From positions 1-54,922 of the forward strand of contig CAZXHL010000006.1 of assembly GCA_964640545.1 (NCBI GenBank): 54,922 nucleotides of DNA, written 5' to 3'. The notes beneath the pieces are model-generated. The model saw only the letters and a program-made list of their open reading frames with translations. It had not been told where the DNA came from and did no database searches. Positions 1-9,153 of this stretch are shown here, one piece after another. A program made the position numbers and the translations under genes. The DNA comes from an uncultured Bacteriovorax sp. GTDB taxonomy: Bacteria > Bdellovibrionota > UBA2428. How positions within the stretch are numbered: the first letter of the stretch is position 1; each line of letters begins with the position of its first letter.

Positions 1-96
1 GTAGCACTCCCCTTGTCCTGAGTAATGAATATAAATATTTAATATGACTTAGAAAGGCTACTACACGCGCCCTTACAACACTTAAGCGCGCACAGT
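1..96 (+). repeat. Partial copy (3' half, cut by window edge) of the ~220 bp palindromic intergenic element
   Basis: GCACTCCCCTTGTCCTGAGTAATGAAT...AAATATTTAA.ATGACTTAGAAA...CAACACTTAAGCGCGCACAGT closely matches the 3' half of the copy at 15607-15827. Confidence 0.9.
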
Positions 97-136
97 TTAA
101 TTAAGACCTGATTCGGGGCTTGGTATTAGGCAGTCA

Positions 137-724
137 TCAAGATTCGAGTTCGCGGCGAACCCAGGTTACAACTTCGGTCACTTTATCCAAAAAGGACTCC
201 TGACTCTTAAAGACCACACGGTTTTTGTGGGGCTGCCAAACTTTCTGAATCTTAGAATCGAGCTTCAACGCCTCTTCCGGACTTTCAGTTCGAACCGGAT
301 TCGAAAAATCGTAGCCCATTTTCGCACCAGGGGTTTCAAGATGGAGAACCGATGCGTAACGACTCAACTCTTTCTTGAGTGTAGTTCCTACCTCTCCGAG
401 AAAATCATCCAATCCCCCAGGAAAATAAGCCGCACAATCCAAGGTTCCTCGATCGCAGAGAAGAATCTGTGCCTTGGTTTTCTTCCCAAGTGCCAGGGCT
501 TCGGCTTGCTTCTGAACATAATAAATCGCTGATTGAACTCGTTTAAGCTCCAACTTGTTTTCAGCTCTTGGAAAACCGCCGTTATATAAGAGTGATGCCG
601 TTTCTGGCAAAACATACACACGACTTTGAAACTCTTTTCTCAAGACATCAGCTACAGCAGTTTTGCCAGCCCCGGGGCCGCCAGTGAGACAAATGACTTT
701 TAGATGTTCGCTTCGTGTTGGCAT
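137..724 (-). CDS. P-loop AAA/NadR-Ttd14-like (AAA_28) nucleotide kinase-fold protein
   Basis: N-terminal Walker A TGGPGAGKT, PETA, LLCDRGTLD and N-P-x-R-x-E motifs. Confidence 0.75.
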   Translation of the reverse strand: MPTRSEHLKVICLTGGPGAGKTAVADVLRKEFQSRVYVLPETASLLYNGGFPRAENKLELKRVQSAIYYVQKQAEALALGKKTKAQILLCDRGTLDCAAYFPGGLDDFLGEVGTTLKKELSRYASVLHLETPGAKMGYDFSNPVRTESPEEALKLDSKIQKVWQPHKNRVVFKSQESFLDKVTEVVTWVRRELES

Positions 725-777
725 ATTGTCGTCATATAAGAGACAACGATCTTGGTCCAGGGCTAAGACTTTTTTGA

Positions 778-1533
778 TTAGGGCGCTGCCTCTTGAAGTA
801 AGCCACTCCTCGCAAAGTCCACCTCTTCTTTTATTGCAACGGCATCTACTGCCGGATTGGCGATATGCCTAGGCTTTAAAAATTTTACCCAGGCCTTGCC
901 CTCCTTCATCCTGGCCAAACGCCAAACGGTCTGAAGCATCGAATCGTCATCAACAAAGGCTGTTTCTCTCAACGGCTCAAAATGAAGCATCACGGGTTGA
1001 ACAAGAACATCATCTCTCGCAGCAATTTTAAACGTTCCTAACTGCCATTGGTATTGATTCCATAAACCCGTTTTTCCAGAAGGATAGATCATCAGACGCT
1101 GCTCCTTCTCCACAATAGCATTACGCAATTCAACAACAGCTTTTCCCCTAGCCGCTCGACTACCCCCACGGTCCACCAAAATAAATCCCATTTCCTTAAT
1201 GGCCTTACCCAAAACCGGGACTCTCCCGACGTAACTATGAGAAAGGAATCTTAGCTCCAAAAATTTCCACATAACCATCCCATCAAGAAAACTCAAGTGA
1301 TTCCCCACATAAACACAACGCCTCTCAACAAAAGGTTGACCCTCCACCTGTACTTCCATGTTTAGAAGTTCAAAGAGTTCGTCCGCCCACTGTTTTTTAG
1401 CCTTTGTTAAGATCTCACTATCAGGCCCATGTCGCCTTGCTGTCTTCCCAAGATTTCCAATGCCAAACACAATCTTGGTTGAAATTTGAAAAAATTTCCA
1501 GATCGCAAAGGGGATCGAGTTTTTCACAGCCAT
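778..1533 (-). CDS. Lysophospholipid acyltransferase (PlsC-like)
   Basis: NHLSFLD (HX4D) motif, FILVDR, YPSGKT in place of FPEGTR. Confidence 0.8.
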   Translation of the reverse strand: MAVKNSIPFAIWKFFQISTKIVFGIGNLGKTARRHGPDSEILTKAKKQWADELFELLNMEVQVEGQPFVERRCVYVGNHLSFLDGMVMWKFLELRFLSHSYVGRVPVLGKAIKEMGFILVDRGGSRAARGKAVVELRNAIVEKEQRLMIYPSGKTGLWNQYQWQLGTFKIAARDDVLVQPVMLHFEPLRETAFVDDDSMLQTVWRLARMKEGKAWVKFLKPRHIANPAVDAVAIKEEVDFARSGLLQEAAP

Positions 1534-1541
1534 GCCATCGC

Positions 1542-2240
1542 CTACTTGAGGTTCAACATAAACTTTGCGTAGAACATACGCGCATAGAGTTGAAACATTC
1601 TATTGAAAACATGGGAGAGCTTTGGCAAAGGTCTCAGCACATCAACAACTAGAATGACACGTTCTTCATCACAATGATTGTAGACTTGGTGATTCCAACT
1701 ATCGTCGAAGACCATAGATTCACCTTCTTTCCAAGTGTACGTCTCATCGTGAACTCGAATTCGAGGCGGGTTGTTCTTCGGAACCTTCAATCCAAGGTGA
1801 AACCTCAAGTAGCCGAGATAAGGACCATCATGGGCGGGAATACTTTTTCGAGGTGAGAGTATCGAAAAAAAGGCCTGGAACTTGTAGGGAATCTGATCCA
1901 AGAGTGCCGCCGTTTGTGGACATCTGTTCCGGTTTTTTTGGATCTTTTTTCCCATCGCATACAGCATAAAAACCTTCCAAGTCTCCTGAACATTTTCCCC
2001 CTTGGAGATATCCGTTTGGTTTTTGTCGAGCTTATGATATTCCGGAATTGAAGCTTGGTCTGGCAAAATTCCCTCAAGCTCCTCGCGAATGACGCTCCAA
2101 TTATATTGGAGCAATTTCAAATGTTGATTCACTTCCGCTGGATCAAAGAATACAGGGCGTTCTTCTCCTCCAGACAATTTATATATCCAACGATTCATGA
2201 CAACATTGGGTAACTTCAAAACTTTCATTAAGGCTTCCAT
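1542..2240 (-). CDS. Aspartyl/asparaginyl beta-hydroxylase family Fe(II)/2OG dioxygenase (LpxO-like)
   Basis: FSILSP..IPAH.GPY.G.LRFHLGL, WKEGE..VFDDSWNH.V.N..ERVILVVDV motifs. Confidence 0.85.
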   Translation of the reverse strand: MEALMKVLKLPNVVMNRWIYKLSGGEERPVFFDPAEVNQHLKLLQYNWSVIREELEGILPDQASIPEYHKLDKNQTDISKGENVQETWKVFMLYAMGKKIQKNRNRCPQTAALLDQIPYKFQAFFSILSPRKSIPAHDGPYLGYLRFHLGLKVPKNNPPRIRVHDETYTWKEGESMVFDDSWNHQVYNHCDEERVILVVDVLRPLPKLSHVFNRMFQLYARMFYAKFMLNLK

Positions 2241-2391
2241 AACATCATCTCCTCTTTCTGAAGCTTGATGATACGAGCGATCAATGGCTCAGGTCTATTT
2301 TTGCGGGTGACAGTTACGGCAAGAGTTATCACCACATGTGATGATTATTGCTGGTTCTGAGGATATATCTGCAAAAACTTGAAAGGCTAAA

Positions 2392-2625
2392 TTAGGAAAG
2401 CAAGAGATCTTGCAAGCCCCAGAAAAATCCTGCGAGCATAAAAATCACACACATAAATTTGTGTTGGTAGAGCTTTTCTTCCGCCTCTAAAAGATTTTGT
2501 CTGAATTGATCAGAAATTCGACCTGGGTTTTCTTCGACTTTCTGGATAAACTTTTGAAAACCATGCATCAACACCACAGCAAAGGCAGAAATACTAAACA
2601 TAATCCATGGAAACGTAATACCCAT
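2392..2625 (-). CDS. Small two-TM membrane protein, hypothetical
   Basis: 77 aa with two hydrophobic segments; sigma28-like promoter directly upstream. Confidence 0.6.
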   Translation of the reverse strand: MGITFPWIMFSISAFAVVLMHGFQKFIQKVEENPGRISDQFRQNLLEAEEKLYQHKFMCVIFMLAGFFWGLQDLLLS

Positions 2626-2631
2626 ACCTAC

Positions 2632-2659
2632 TTATCGGCATGGTCGTGACTCAGCTTTA
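2632..2659 (-). promoter_or_regulatory. Sigma28 (FliA)-type promoter
   Basis: Minus strand reads TAAA-N16-GCCGATAA, 6 nt upstream of the ATG at 2625. Confidence 0.7.
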
Positions 2660-2697
2660 GTTGGGTTTTGCCCCGGAAACCAACCCTTGCTTCGGAC

Positions 2698-4437
2698 TTA
2701 GGCTTGAGCCTCTTTGTGGTCCCTCAAGTAACGCATAGCCACCCCATAGATTGATGCGGAGTAGACTCCCATTGTGCGGACATACGCTAAAGACCAACTC
2801 AAAGGAGCGGAAATATCGACAGGCAAGTCATACTCACCGCGAAGTCCCAGCTTCTGAAGAGCGTTGAAGTCGAGTATGCCATTCATTAAACTAGCAAAGC
2901 CTGAACTTCCTGTGTGATCGCACAGGTCGACTCGAGTGCCCAGAAATCCTGATTCATATCTCGCCTCGAGGAAAAGTGGATCTTTGAGTTCAAGAATCAA
3001 CTTTTCTGCCTCAACGAACATAGCTTTTGCTCTGTCTCCATCGCGCTGAGCAGAATAAAGCCTCGCCATCGAAGTGTAACCTCTCAGCATTGCAGATTTT
3101 TCTCTGAGTGACCAAGTTTCAGACGAATACTCAGACGCGTATTTCTCAACCAATGCTTCGCAAAGTGAAGTCAACCTTGGAGTGTCAAAACTAAAACTAG
3201 CTTGGGCCAAACTGCGAAGTGCAGACAATTCTGAGATTCGGGTTGGTGGACAAAGCTTAAGATGAGCTCCGTTATTTTTTACTCGATGTTCTTTGAGGGC
3301 TCTTTTGGCCCCAAGAAGATTCAATCGAAGATCCACCTGTTCTTCACCTAGATACTCACTTAAAATTGGCAAATCTGTGGAAAGGTATGGAAGAGTTCGT
3401 CCTTCGTTGAGCCCGAAAAATAGCTGAGCGGCCTGACGGTCTTTTGGAAGCACCGCCTCTAAAAGATCCTTCCCGGTCACCTCATAAAAATCTTCTGGCG
3501 CCGTTACCGCACTAGCTAGTGACAAAGTCGTTCCCGGCATTCGAAAATCTTCCATGATCAACTCAATGATTTCATGGGCCACTTGAGAATAGAAAGGGTT
3601 TTCTGTTTTCTTAAATGCCTCGGTATACAAGCTCAGCATTTCACAATTTTCGACGAGCAGTTTTTCGGTGCTTCGTGAGCGCACCCACTTTGAATCAAAA
3701 CTCCCCTGAGGCGCCTGTTTCGCAGCCTCGAAATTCCATTCAAGTGAACGAAAGAAGCCCCCACCAACAACATCGTACTGAGGCGACTTTGCCAGCTGCA
3801 ACAAAGCCATTTCACCAAAGCGAGAAAGATCGTCGAAAGCCATCAAGCTTCGATAGAGATCCGGAAACAAAAAACTTGACCCCTTACCAACAAAGCCGGT
3901 GGTCAAATCAATGCTCTGCTCAAGTGGCGTTAGATAACGAAACAAAACTTTTTTATCAAGCAGTTCGTCTTTGGCTTCAGAAAAGTTTTGTTCAAAGAAC
4001 TTCATTGGGTCTTTTTGCGAAAACTCTTGAGCTTCCTTTAGAGCCTGCTGTCTCAATTGAGTAGGGTCAACCTTCCAAGCCACAATAAGCTGCCTCAATA
4101 TTTTCAAGAAGTCCTCCGTCGCCATTGATGGAGACGCAAAAACTACCGTTCGAGTTTCGGGATCCAGAAAGAGGTTCAAAGGCCAACCAGCCATCCCTGC
4201 ACGATCTTGAACAAAAGCTTGAATGCCCTGATCCAGCTCTGGAGACCAATCGCGATTCCAATCCAAACAAACTAGCTCATCTTTTAAGGCCTGCCATTCT
4301 TCCGTGGCATTCAAATTGTCATTCCATTTTTTACACGCCAAAGACCAAGGTGCACTCCAACGCAAAAAGAGGAGCTTTTTATCTTTTTTGGCTTGTTCAA
4401 AAAGTGGATTCAATGAGTCGAAGAGTTTATTTGGCAT
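2698..4437 (-). CDS. YyaL/SSP411-like thioredoxin-domain plus six-hairpin protein, degenerate
   Basis: GWPLNLFLDP, YDVVGGGFFR, EKLLVEN motifs; the CxxC position reads SLAC; start placed at ATG 4437 (MPNKL) to avoid overlap with cinA. Confidence 0.7.
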   Translation of the reverse strand: MPNKLFDSLNPLFEQAKKDKKLLFLRWSAPWSLACKKWNDNLNATEEWQALKDELVCLDWNRDWSPELDQGIQAFVQDRAGMAGWPLNLFLDPETRTVVFASPSMATEDFLKILRQLIVAWKVDPTQLRQQALKEAQEFSQKDPMKFFEQNFSEAKDELLDKKVLFRYLTPLEQSIDLTTGFVGKGSSFLFPDLYRSLMAFDDLSRFGEMALLQLAKSPQYDVVGGGFFRSLEWNFEAAKQAPQGSFDSKWVRSRSTEKLLVENCEMLSLYTEAFKKTENPFYSQVAHEIIELIMEDFRMPGTTLSLASAVTAPEDFYEVTGKDLLEAVLPKDRQAAQLFFGLNEGRTLPYLSTDLPILSEYLGEEQVDLRLNLLGAKRALKEHRVKNNGAHLKLCPPTRISELSALRSLAQASFSFDTPRLTSLCEALVEKYASEYSSETWSLREKSAMLRGYTSMARLYSAQRDGDRAKAMFVEAEKLILELKDPLFLEARYESGFLGTRVDLCDHTGSSGFASLMNGILDFNALQKLGLRGEYDLPVDISAPLSWSLAYVRTMGVYSASIYGVAMRYLRDHKEAQA

Positions 4438-4466
4438 TTTAGGTCCTCGCCCACTAAGATAGCGGA

Positions 4467-5765
4467 ATGGGAACCCAATTGCCAACGAGCGATCATATAG
4501 AACTTATCACCATCGGCCGGGAAATCCTCGATGGACGCATTGTCGACACCAATGCCGTAGAAATTGCGCGCAGTCTCAGGCTCAAAGGCCTAGCCATTCG
4601 TTTTTCCCAGCGTATTGACGATCGTATGGAGGATATTGTAGCCGCATTTCAACTTGCAGCGTCACGAAGTCGTTTTGTTCTCGTCACTGGCGGACTCGGC
4701 CCCACATCAGACGACATTACAGTCGAGGCCTTTTCAAAGTTCTTGGATAAGTCCTTAGAGATAAATCCTGAGGCTCTCAAACATTTGGAAAGCTATCTCG
4801 CCGCAAGATCTCTTCAGATCACCCCCGCGCAGCACAAACAATGCCTGATGCCCGCGAGCACACACACTCTAGCCAATCCCAACGGCACTGCGTGTGGCTG
4901 CTATAACAACCCCCAACAAGAAGAAGCTCAATTTTTCTTAATGCCTGGAGTGCCCTCCGAAATGCTCCCGATGCTAGAAAATGAAGTCTTTCCCAAACTC
5001 CCAACCAACGAGAACATTCGTCAATACCGCTGGGCCACACAATTTGTTCCTGAGGCCATGCTGCAAGACAGGCTTCAAAGTATCTATGAAGAATTGCCAG
5101 ACTGGATCGAACTCAATTTCAGAACCCGGTTTCCTGAGAATCATGTAGCGCTATTTGCTGACTGCAAAAACGAAAGGGACCTAGAATACTACAAAAGTTT
5201 TTGCACTCGCATCACCGAAGTCCTAAATGAAGACAGTTACTTTCATGGACCAAAACTAAAGGAACTTCCTGAGGTTGTTATTGAGAGCGCTCTATCAAAC
5301 GAATATTGGATTGGAAGTGTGGAATCCTGCACCGGCGGTCAAATCGCCGCATCGCTAACATCCATACCAGGATCTTCAGGAGCTTTTTTCGGAAGCTGGA
5401 CGACCTATCACAATTCAGCAAAAGTTGGATTGGGCGTTGATAAAAAGCTAATCGCAAAACATGGCGCTGTTTCAGCAGAGGTTGCTGAGGCCATGGCCAA
5501 GGCTGGTTTAGCTCAGATGATTAAGTCTGGGGTGAGCTCGAACGATAAGCTGCTTTGCGTTTCGACCACAGGTGTTGCAGGTCCAACAGGCGGCACAAGC
5601 GAAAAACCGGTTGGTTTGTGTTTCGTCGGGCTAGCCTCAGCCGACGGGAGTATCACCCACGAGCGCGTGCAAGCCCGCGCACATCTCAGCCGTGAGAAAT
5701 ATCAAAAGTATTTTACCCAAAAGGCGCTTGAGCATTTGAGACGAAGTATCCCTGATCACATTTAG
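4467..5765 (+). CDS. cinA: CinA competence/damage-inducible protein (MocF-like N-terminus plus PncC NMN deamidase C-terminus)
   Basis: IGREILDGRIVDTN, TGGLGPTSDD, MPGVPSEM, ESCTGG, PGSS, TGVAGPTGG..KPVG motifs. Confidence 0.92.
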   Translation: MGTQLPTSDHIELITIGREILDGRIVDTNAVEIARSLRLKGLAIRFSQRIDDRMEDIVAAFQLAASRSRFVLVTGGLGPTSDDITVEAFSKFLDKSLEINPEALKHLESYLAARSLQITPAQHKQCLMPASTHTLANPNGTACGCYNNPQQEEAQFFLMPGVPSEMLPMLENEVFPKLPTNENIRQYRWATQFVPEAMLQDRLQSIYEELPDWIELNFRTRFPENHVALFADCKNERDLEYYKSFCTRITEVLNEDSYFHGPKLKELPEVVIESALSNEYWIGSVESCTGGQIAASLTSIPGSSGAFFGSWTTYHNSAKVGLGVDKKLIAKHGAVSAEVAEAMAKAGLAQMIKSGVSSNDKLLCVSTTGVAGPTGGTSEKPVGLCFVGLASADGSITHERVQARAHLSREKYQKYFTQKALEHLRRSIPDHI

Positions 5766-5865
5766 TTGATTAACGACTACTTTCTTCGGAATATCCAAAC
5801 AAGCGCCTTAGCCCCTCACCCATGCCATGAGAGGCATTCGCGCCGCGTTAGTTATGTAATATTTC

Positions 5866-6993
5866 TTGATTACGTCTCCAGATACTTCTCAGCGACGTCG
5901 ATACGAAGTTATGAGTCAATCTCCAGGATCTACCGATGTCTTTGGCCCTCTCAGAGCCTTACTGGAAGATCCCTCTGTATCTGAAATCATGGTGAACGGT
6001 CCTGATAAAATTTTTATCGAACAGAAGGGCATGCTCAAAAAAACTCCGTTGAAATTTGGCAGCTCTAGAGAAATTTATACGTTGATTGAACATATCGCGC
6101 GAGCTGTCGGTCGAACCATCAATGAAAAAGAACCTTATATGGACGCGAGACTACCTGACGGATCTCGAGTCAACGCCGTGATTCCTCCCGTCGCAGTCGA
6201 CGGACCTTCACTTACAATTAGAAGATTCCCTGCTAGCTCCCCAACACTGCAAGATCTCGTTGGGAAAAAAGCGTTGGACGAGAAGATGGCTTACTTTCTT
6301 CATTGCTGTGTCGTCGCAAAAATCAATATTTTAATTTCGGGAGGAACTGGTAGCGGTAAAACCACTTTGCTCAATGCCCTCAGTTATTCTGTGCCCTCAC
6401 ACGAACGCATTGTGAGTATTGAAGATGCTGCTGAGCTAAAACTCGTTGGAGAAAATATTGTAAGGCTAGAGTCTAGGCCTGAGAGTGAAAATAGCACTCC
6501 AATCAGTATCAAAGACTTACTCATCAATGCGCTTCGCATGCGTCCCGACCGAATCATTGTAGGAGAAGTTCGAGGCGTCGAAGCCAATGATCTGATCTCC
6601 GCCATGAACACAGGACACGACGGCAGCCTCACCACGATTCATTCAAACAACTCAAGAGATGCCTTACGCAGATTAGAAAGTTTGCTGATCGTTTCGCAAG
6701 AGGGAATGACCGCAGAAGTCGCAAGGTACAGCATGTCCAGGTCCATTGATCTCGTGATTCAAGTCAATCGCTTCTCAAACGGAGCTCGCCGAGTGACCGA
6801 GATTACCGAGATCGGTGGCATGGAAGGCGACATCATCCTCACTCAAGAACTTTTCAACTACAAATCCGACGTGGGTTTCCAATGCCTCGGTTTTGTGCCT
6901 AGATTCGTTTCGAGATTTGCAGCTGCTGGGATCGACTTCCCTAAGGACTTCTTTTCAGATACTTACAGCATAAAAATGAAGCCAAAAGTATAG
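5866..6993 (+). CDS. cpaF: CpaF/TadA family pilus secretion ATPase (alternative start ATG 5911)
   Basis: DARLPDGSRVNA, GGTGSGKTT, IEDAAEL, LRMRPDRIIVGEVRG, MNTGHDG motifs. Confidence 0.9.
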   Translation: MITSPDTSQRRRYEVMSQSPGSTDVFGPLRALLEDPSVSEIMVNGPDKIFIEQKGMLKKTPLKFGSSREIYTLIEHIARAVGRTINEKEPYMDARLPDGSRVNAVIPPVAVDGPSLTIRRFPASSPTLQDLVGKKALDEKMAYFLHCCVVAKINILISGGTGSGKTTLLNALSYSVPSHERIVSIEDAAELKLVGENIVRLESRPESENSTPISIKDLLINALRMRPDRIIVGEVRGVEANDLISAMNTGHDGSLTTIHSNNSRDALRRLESLLIVSQEGMTAEVARYSMSRSIDLVIQVNRFSNGARRVTEITEIGGMEGDIILTQELFNYKSDVGFQCLGFVPRFVSRFAAAGIDFPKDFFSDTYSIKMKPKV

Positions 6994-7047
6994 AAGTTTC
7001 GTCGATGCGCTTGCGCCCCTTCCCGCTTCATCCTAGTCTCGGGCCCT

Positions 7048-8841
7048 ATGTTGAAACACCAATTCTTCCGTACCACCACTTTCGCCTTTTCTCTTGCTTT
7101 GGCCTTAACTTTTCAAGCCTGCACTCCAAGCAAAGATGTTAAGGAAACAGAAAAAATCATCAAAGTTGCGATGGGCGATGATCCCAAAACGTTAGACCCT
7201 GCTCAGTCGAGTGACCAAGGGAGCTCGGGAGTGATCGGGAATATATTCGAAGGACTACTTCGCTTCTCGTATCTTGGTCCCGCTGGACAAGTCGAACCTT
7301 CACTCGCTAGGACTTTACCCGTCGTAAAAGATGGGGGCAAAACCTATATCTTTCACATCCGCAAAGAAGTTCTCTTCCAAGATGACCCAGCCTTCCCCGA
7401 AGGCAAAGGCCGCGAGGTAACAGCTCATGATTTTGTTTACTCATTCAAACGCATTGCCGACCCCAATCCTACCTCTCCAAATTGGTGGATGTTTGAGGGC
7501 ATGATTGTTGGACTTAATGAGTGGAGAGAGAAACTCAAAAATGCGAGCCCCGAAGAAAGACAAGGCATTTGGGATTCTTCTATTGAAGGACTTGCGGCCA
7601 CCGATCGACACACTTTGCAGCTCCAGTTAACTCGCGCCTATCCTCAACTTTTACAGATCCTCTCCATGACTCATGCTTCTGTGGTTGCTCGAGAAGTCGT
7701 CAACAAATATTCTGAAGATGTGGGCAACCACCCCATAGGCACAGGGGCTTACTACCTCAAAGACTGGATCCGAGGCTCAAAAGTTGTGCTGGCAAGAAAC
7801 CCAACGTTTCGTGAGGATACCTATCCTACGGTCGGAACTGACGAAGAACGCAAAGATGGCTTACTCAAAGCCGCTGGAGAAAAAATTCCTTTTGCTGATC
7901 AACTCCATTTCTCCATCTTCAAAGAAGAGCAGCCTCGTTGGTTAAACTTTCTAACTGGAAACCTAGATATTACCGGAATCCCCAAAGACAATTTCTCAGA
8001 CACAATCGGAGCCTCCGGCGACCTCAAAGAAGAAATGAGAATCAAAGGCTTCCGATTAAAAAAGCGCCTGTCTCTTACCTCTTGGTGGATTGAATTTAAT
8101 TTAAAAGATGAATTTCTCGGAAAACATAAAAAAGTCCGACAAGCTATGTGGCATGCCTTTGATCGTAAGCGCGCCTTGGAATTGCTATTCAACAACCGAG
8201 GCCAAATCGCAGGAGGCCCCATCACCCCAACCCTCGAAGGCGGAAGCCCCATCGAATCCAACCCCTACCCCTATGATTTAGAAAAAGCCAAAGCTCTCTT
8301 AAAAGAAGCTGGCTTCGAAGGCGGCAAAGGCATTCCTGAATTCACTTTTGATCTTCGAGGAGCAGGAGCCACCAACAGGCAACTTGGCGAGTTCCTAAAA
8401 GATAGCTTTGCTCAAATTGGAATCGAACTCAAAATCCGCGGAAACACCTTCTCTCAAGCGCTTCAAATCATGAAAGAGGCCAAGTTCCAGATCATGCTAG
8501 GAGGCTGGGCCGCAGATTATCCAGATCCTGAAAACTTCTTGCAGCTCTATTATTCTCCTAACAAAGCTCCAGGGCCCAATTCGGCCAATTTTGCCAACTC
8601 AGAGTACGATAAACTATACGAACAGATCCGCACCGAGCGCCCTGGGCCGTCTAGAAGCAAGGCCATTGCGAAGATGAACAAGATCCTACAAGACGAAGCA
8701 GCAGCAATTTTCTTTTTCCATTCAATGGCTTACACCGTTTATCGCTCATGGCTCAAGAACTTTGCCCCCCATGAATTCCTCTATGGAACTGAAAGATTCT
8801 GGGATATTGACCAAGAAGAAAAACAAAAACTCTTGAATTAA
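7048..8841 (+). CDS. ABC transporter substrate-binding lipoprotein, family 5 (OppA/DppA-like)
   Basis: Lipobox FQAC, KTLDPA, IFEGLL, PIGTGAY, GWAADYPDPENFL motifs. Confidence 0.9.
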   Translation: MLKHQFFRTTTFAFSLALALTFQACTPSKDVKETEKIIKVAMGDDPKTLDPAQSSDQGSSGVIGNIFEGLLRFSYLGPAGQVEPSLARTLPVVKDGGKTYIFHIRKEVLFQDDPAFPEGKGREVTAHDFVYSFKRIADPNPTSPNWWMFEGMIVGLNEWREKLKNASPEERQGIWDSSIEGLAATDRHTLQLQLTRAYPQLLQILSMTHASVVAREVVNKYSEDVGNHPIGTGAYYLKDWIRGSKVVLARNPTFREDTYPTVGTDEERKDGLLKAAGEKIPFADQLHFSIFKEEQPRWLNFLTGNLDITGIPKDNFSDTIGASGDLKEEMRIKGFRLKKRLSLTSWWIEFNLKDEFLGKHKKVRQAMWHAFDRKRALELLFNNRGQIAGGPITPTLEGGSPIESNPYPYDLEKAKALLKEAGFEGGKGIPEFTFDLRGAGATNRQLGEFLKDSFAQIGIELKIRGNTFSQALQIMKEAKFQIMLGGWAADYPDPENFLQLYYSPNKAPGPNSANFANSEYDKLYEQIRTERPGPSRSKAIAKMNKILQDEAAAIFFFHSMAYTVYRSWLKNFAPHEFLYGTERFWDIDQEEKQKLLN

Positions 8842-8926
8842 CCTAAAAAATTGCTTAGTTAGGCAATAGTCTTTGGAGCGCAGAAACTGCCTTTTGAGAC
8901 CTTAAGAAACAGAAAGAGGAAGATCC

Positions 8927-9124
8927 ATGCCTGTAGAACGCAAAAAAACTGAAATTCGCCGCACACACAAAAGAAAGAAACTTGGAGCCAAAGGCAAGCG
9001 CCTTCGCGAAAACCAAGGTACTACGGCTTCTTTTCCTCTTGAAGGCCCCGTTCCTGCATTGCGCTTTGGTCGCCCTTGTGAGGCTGACAGCATTCTAGTT
9101 CCTGAGACTCTTCTTAAAAACTAG
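8927..9124 (+). CDS. Small Lys/Arg-rich hypothetical protein
   Basis: AGAGGA SD-like sequence upstream; very basic N-terminal half; fits between two same-strand genes. Confidence 0.6.
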   Translation: MPVERKKTEIRRTHKRKKLGAKGKRLRENQGTTASFPLEGPVPALRFGRPCEADSILVPETLLKN

Positions 9125-9153
9125 TTTCAATTAGATAAAGCTGTAGAAAATCA

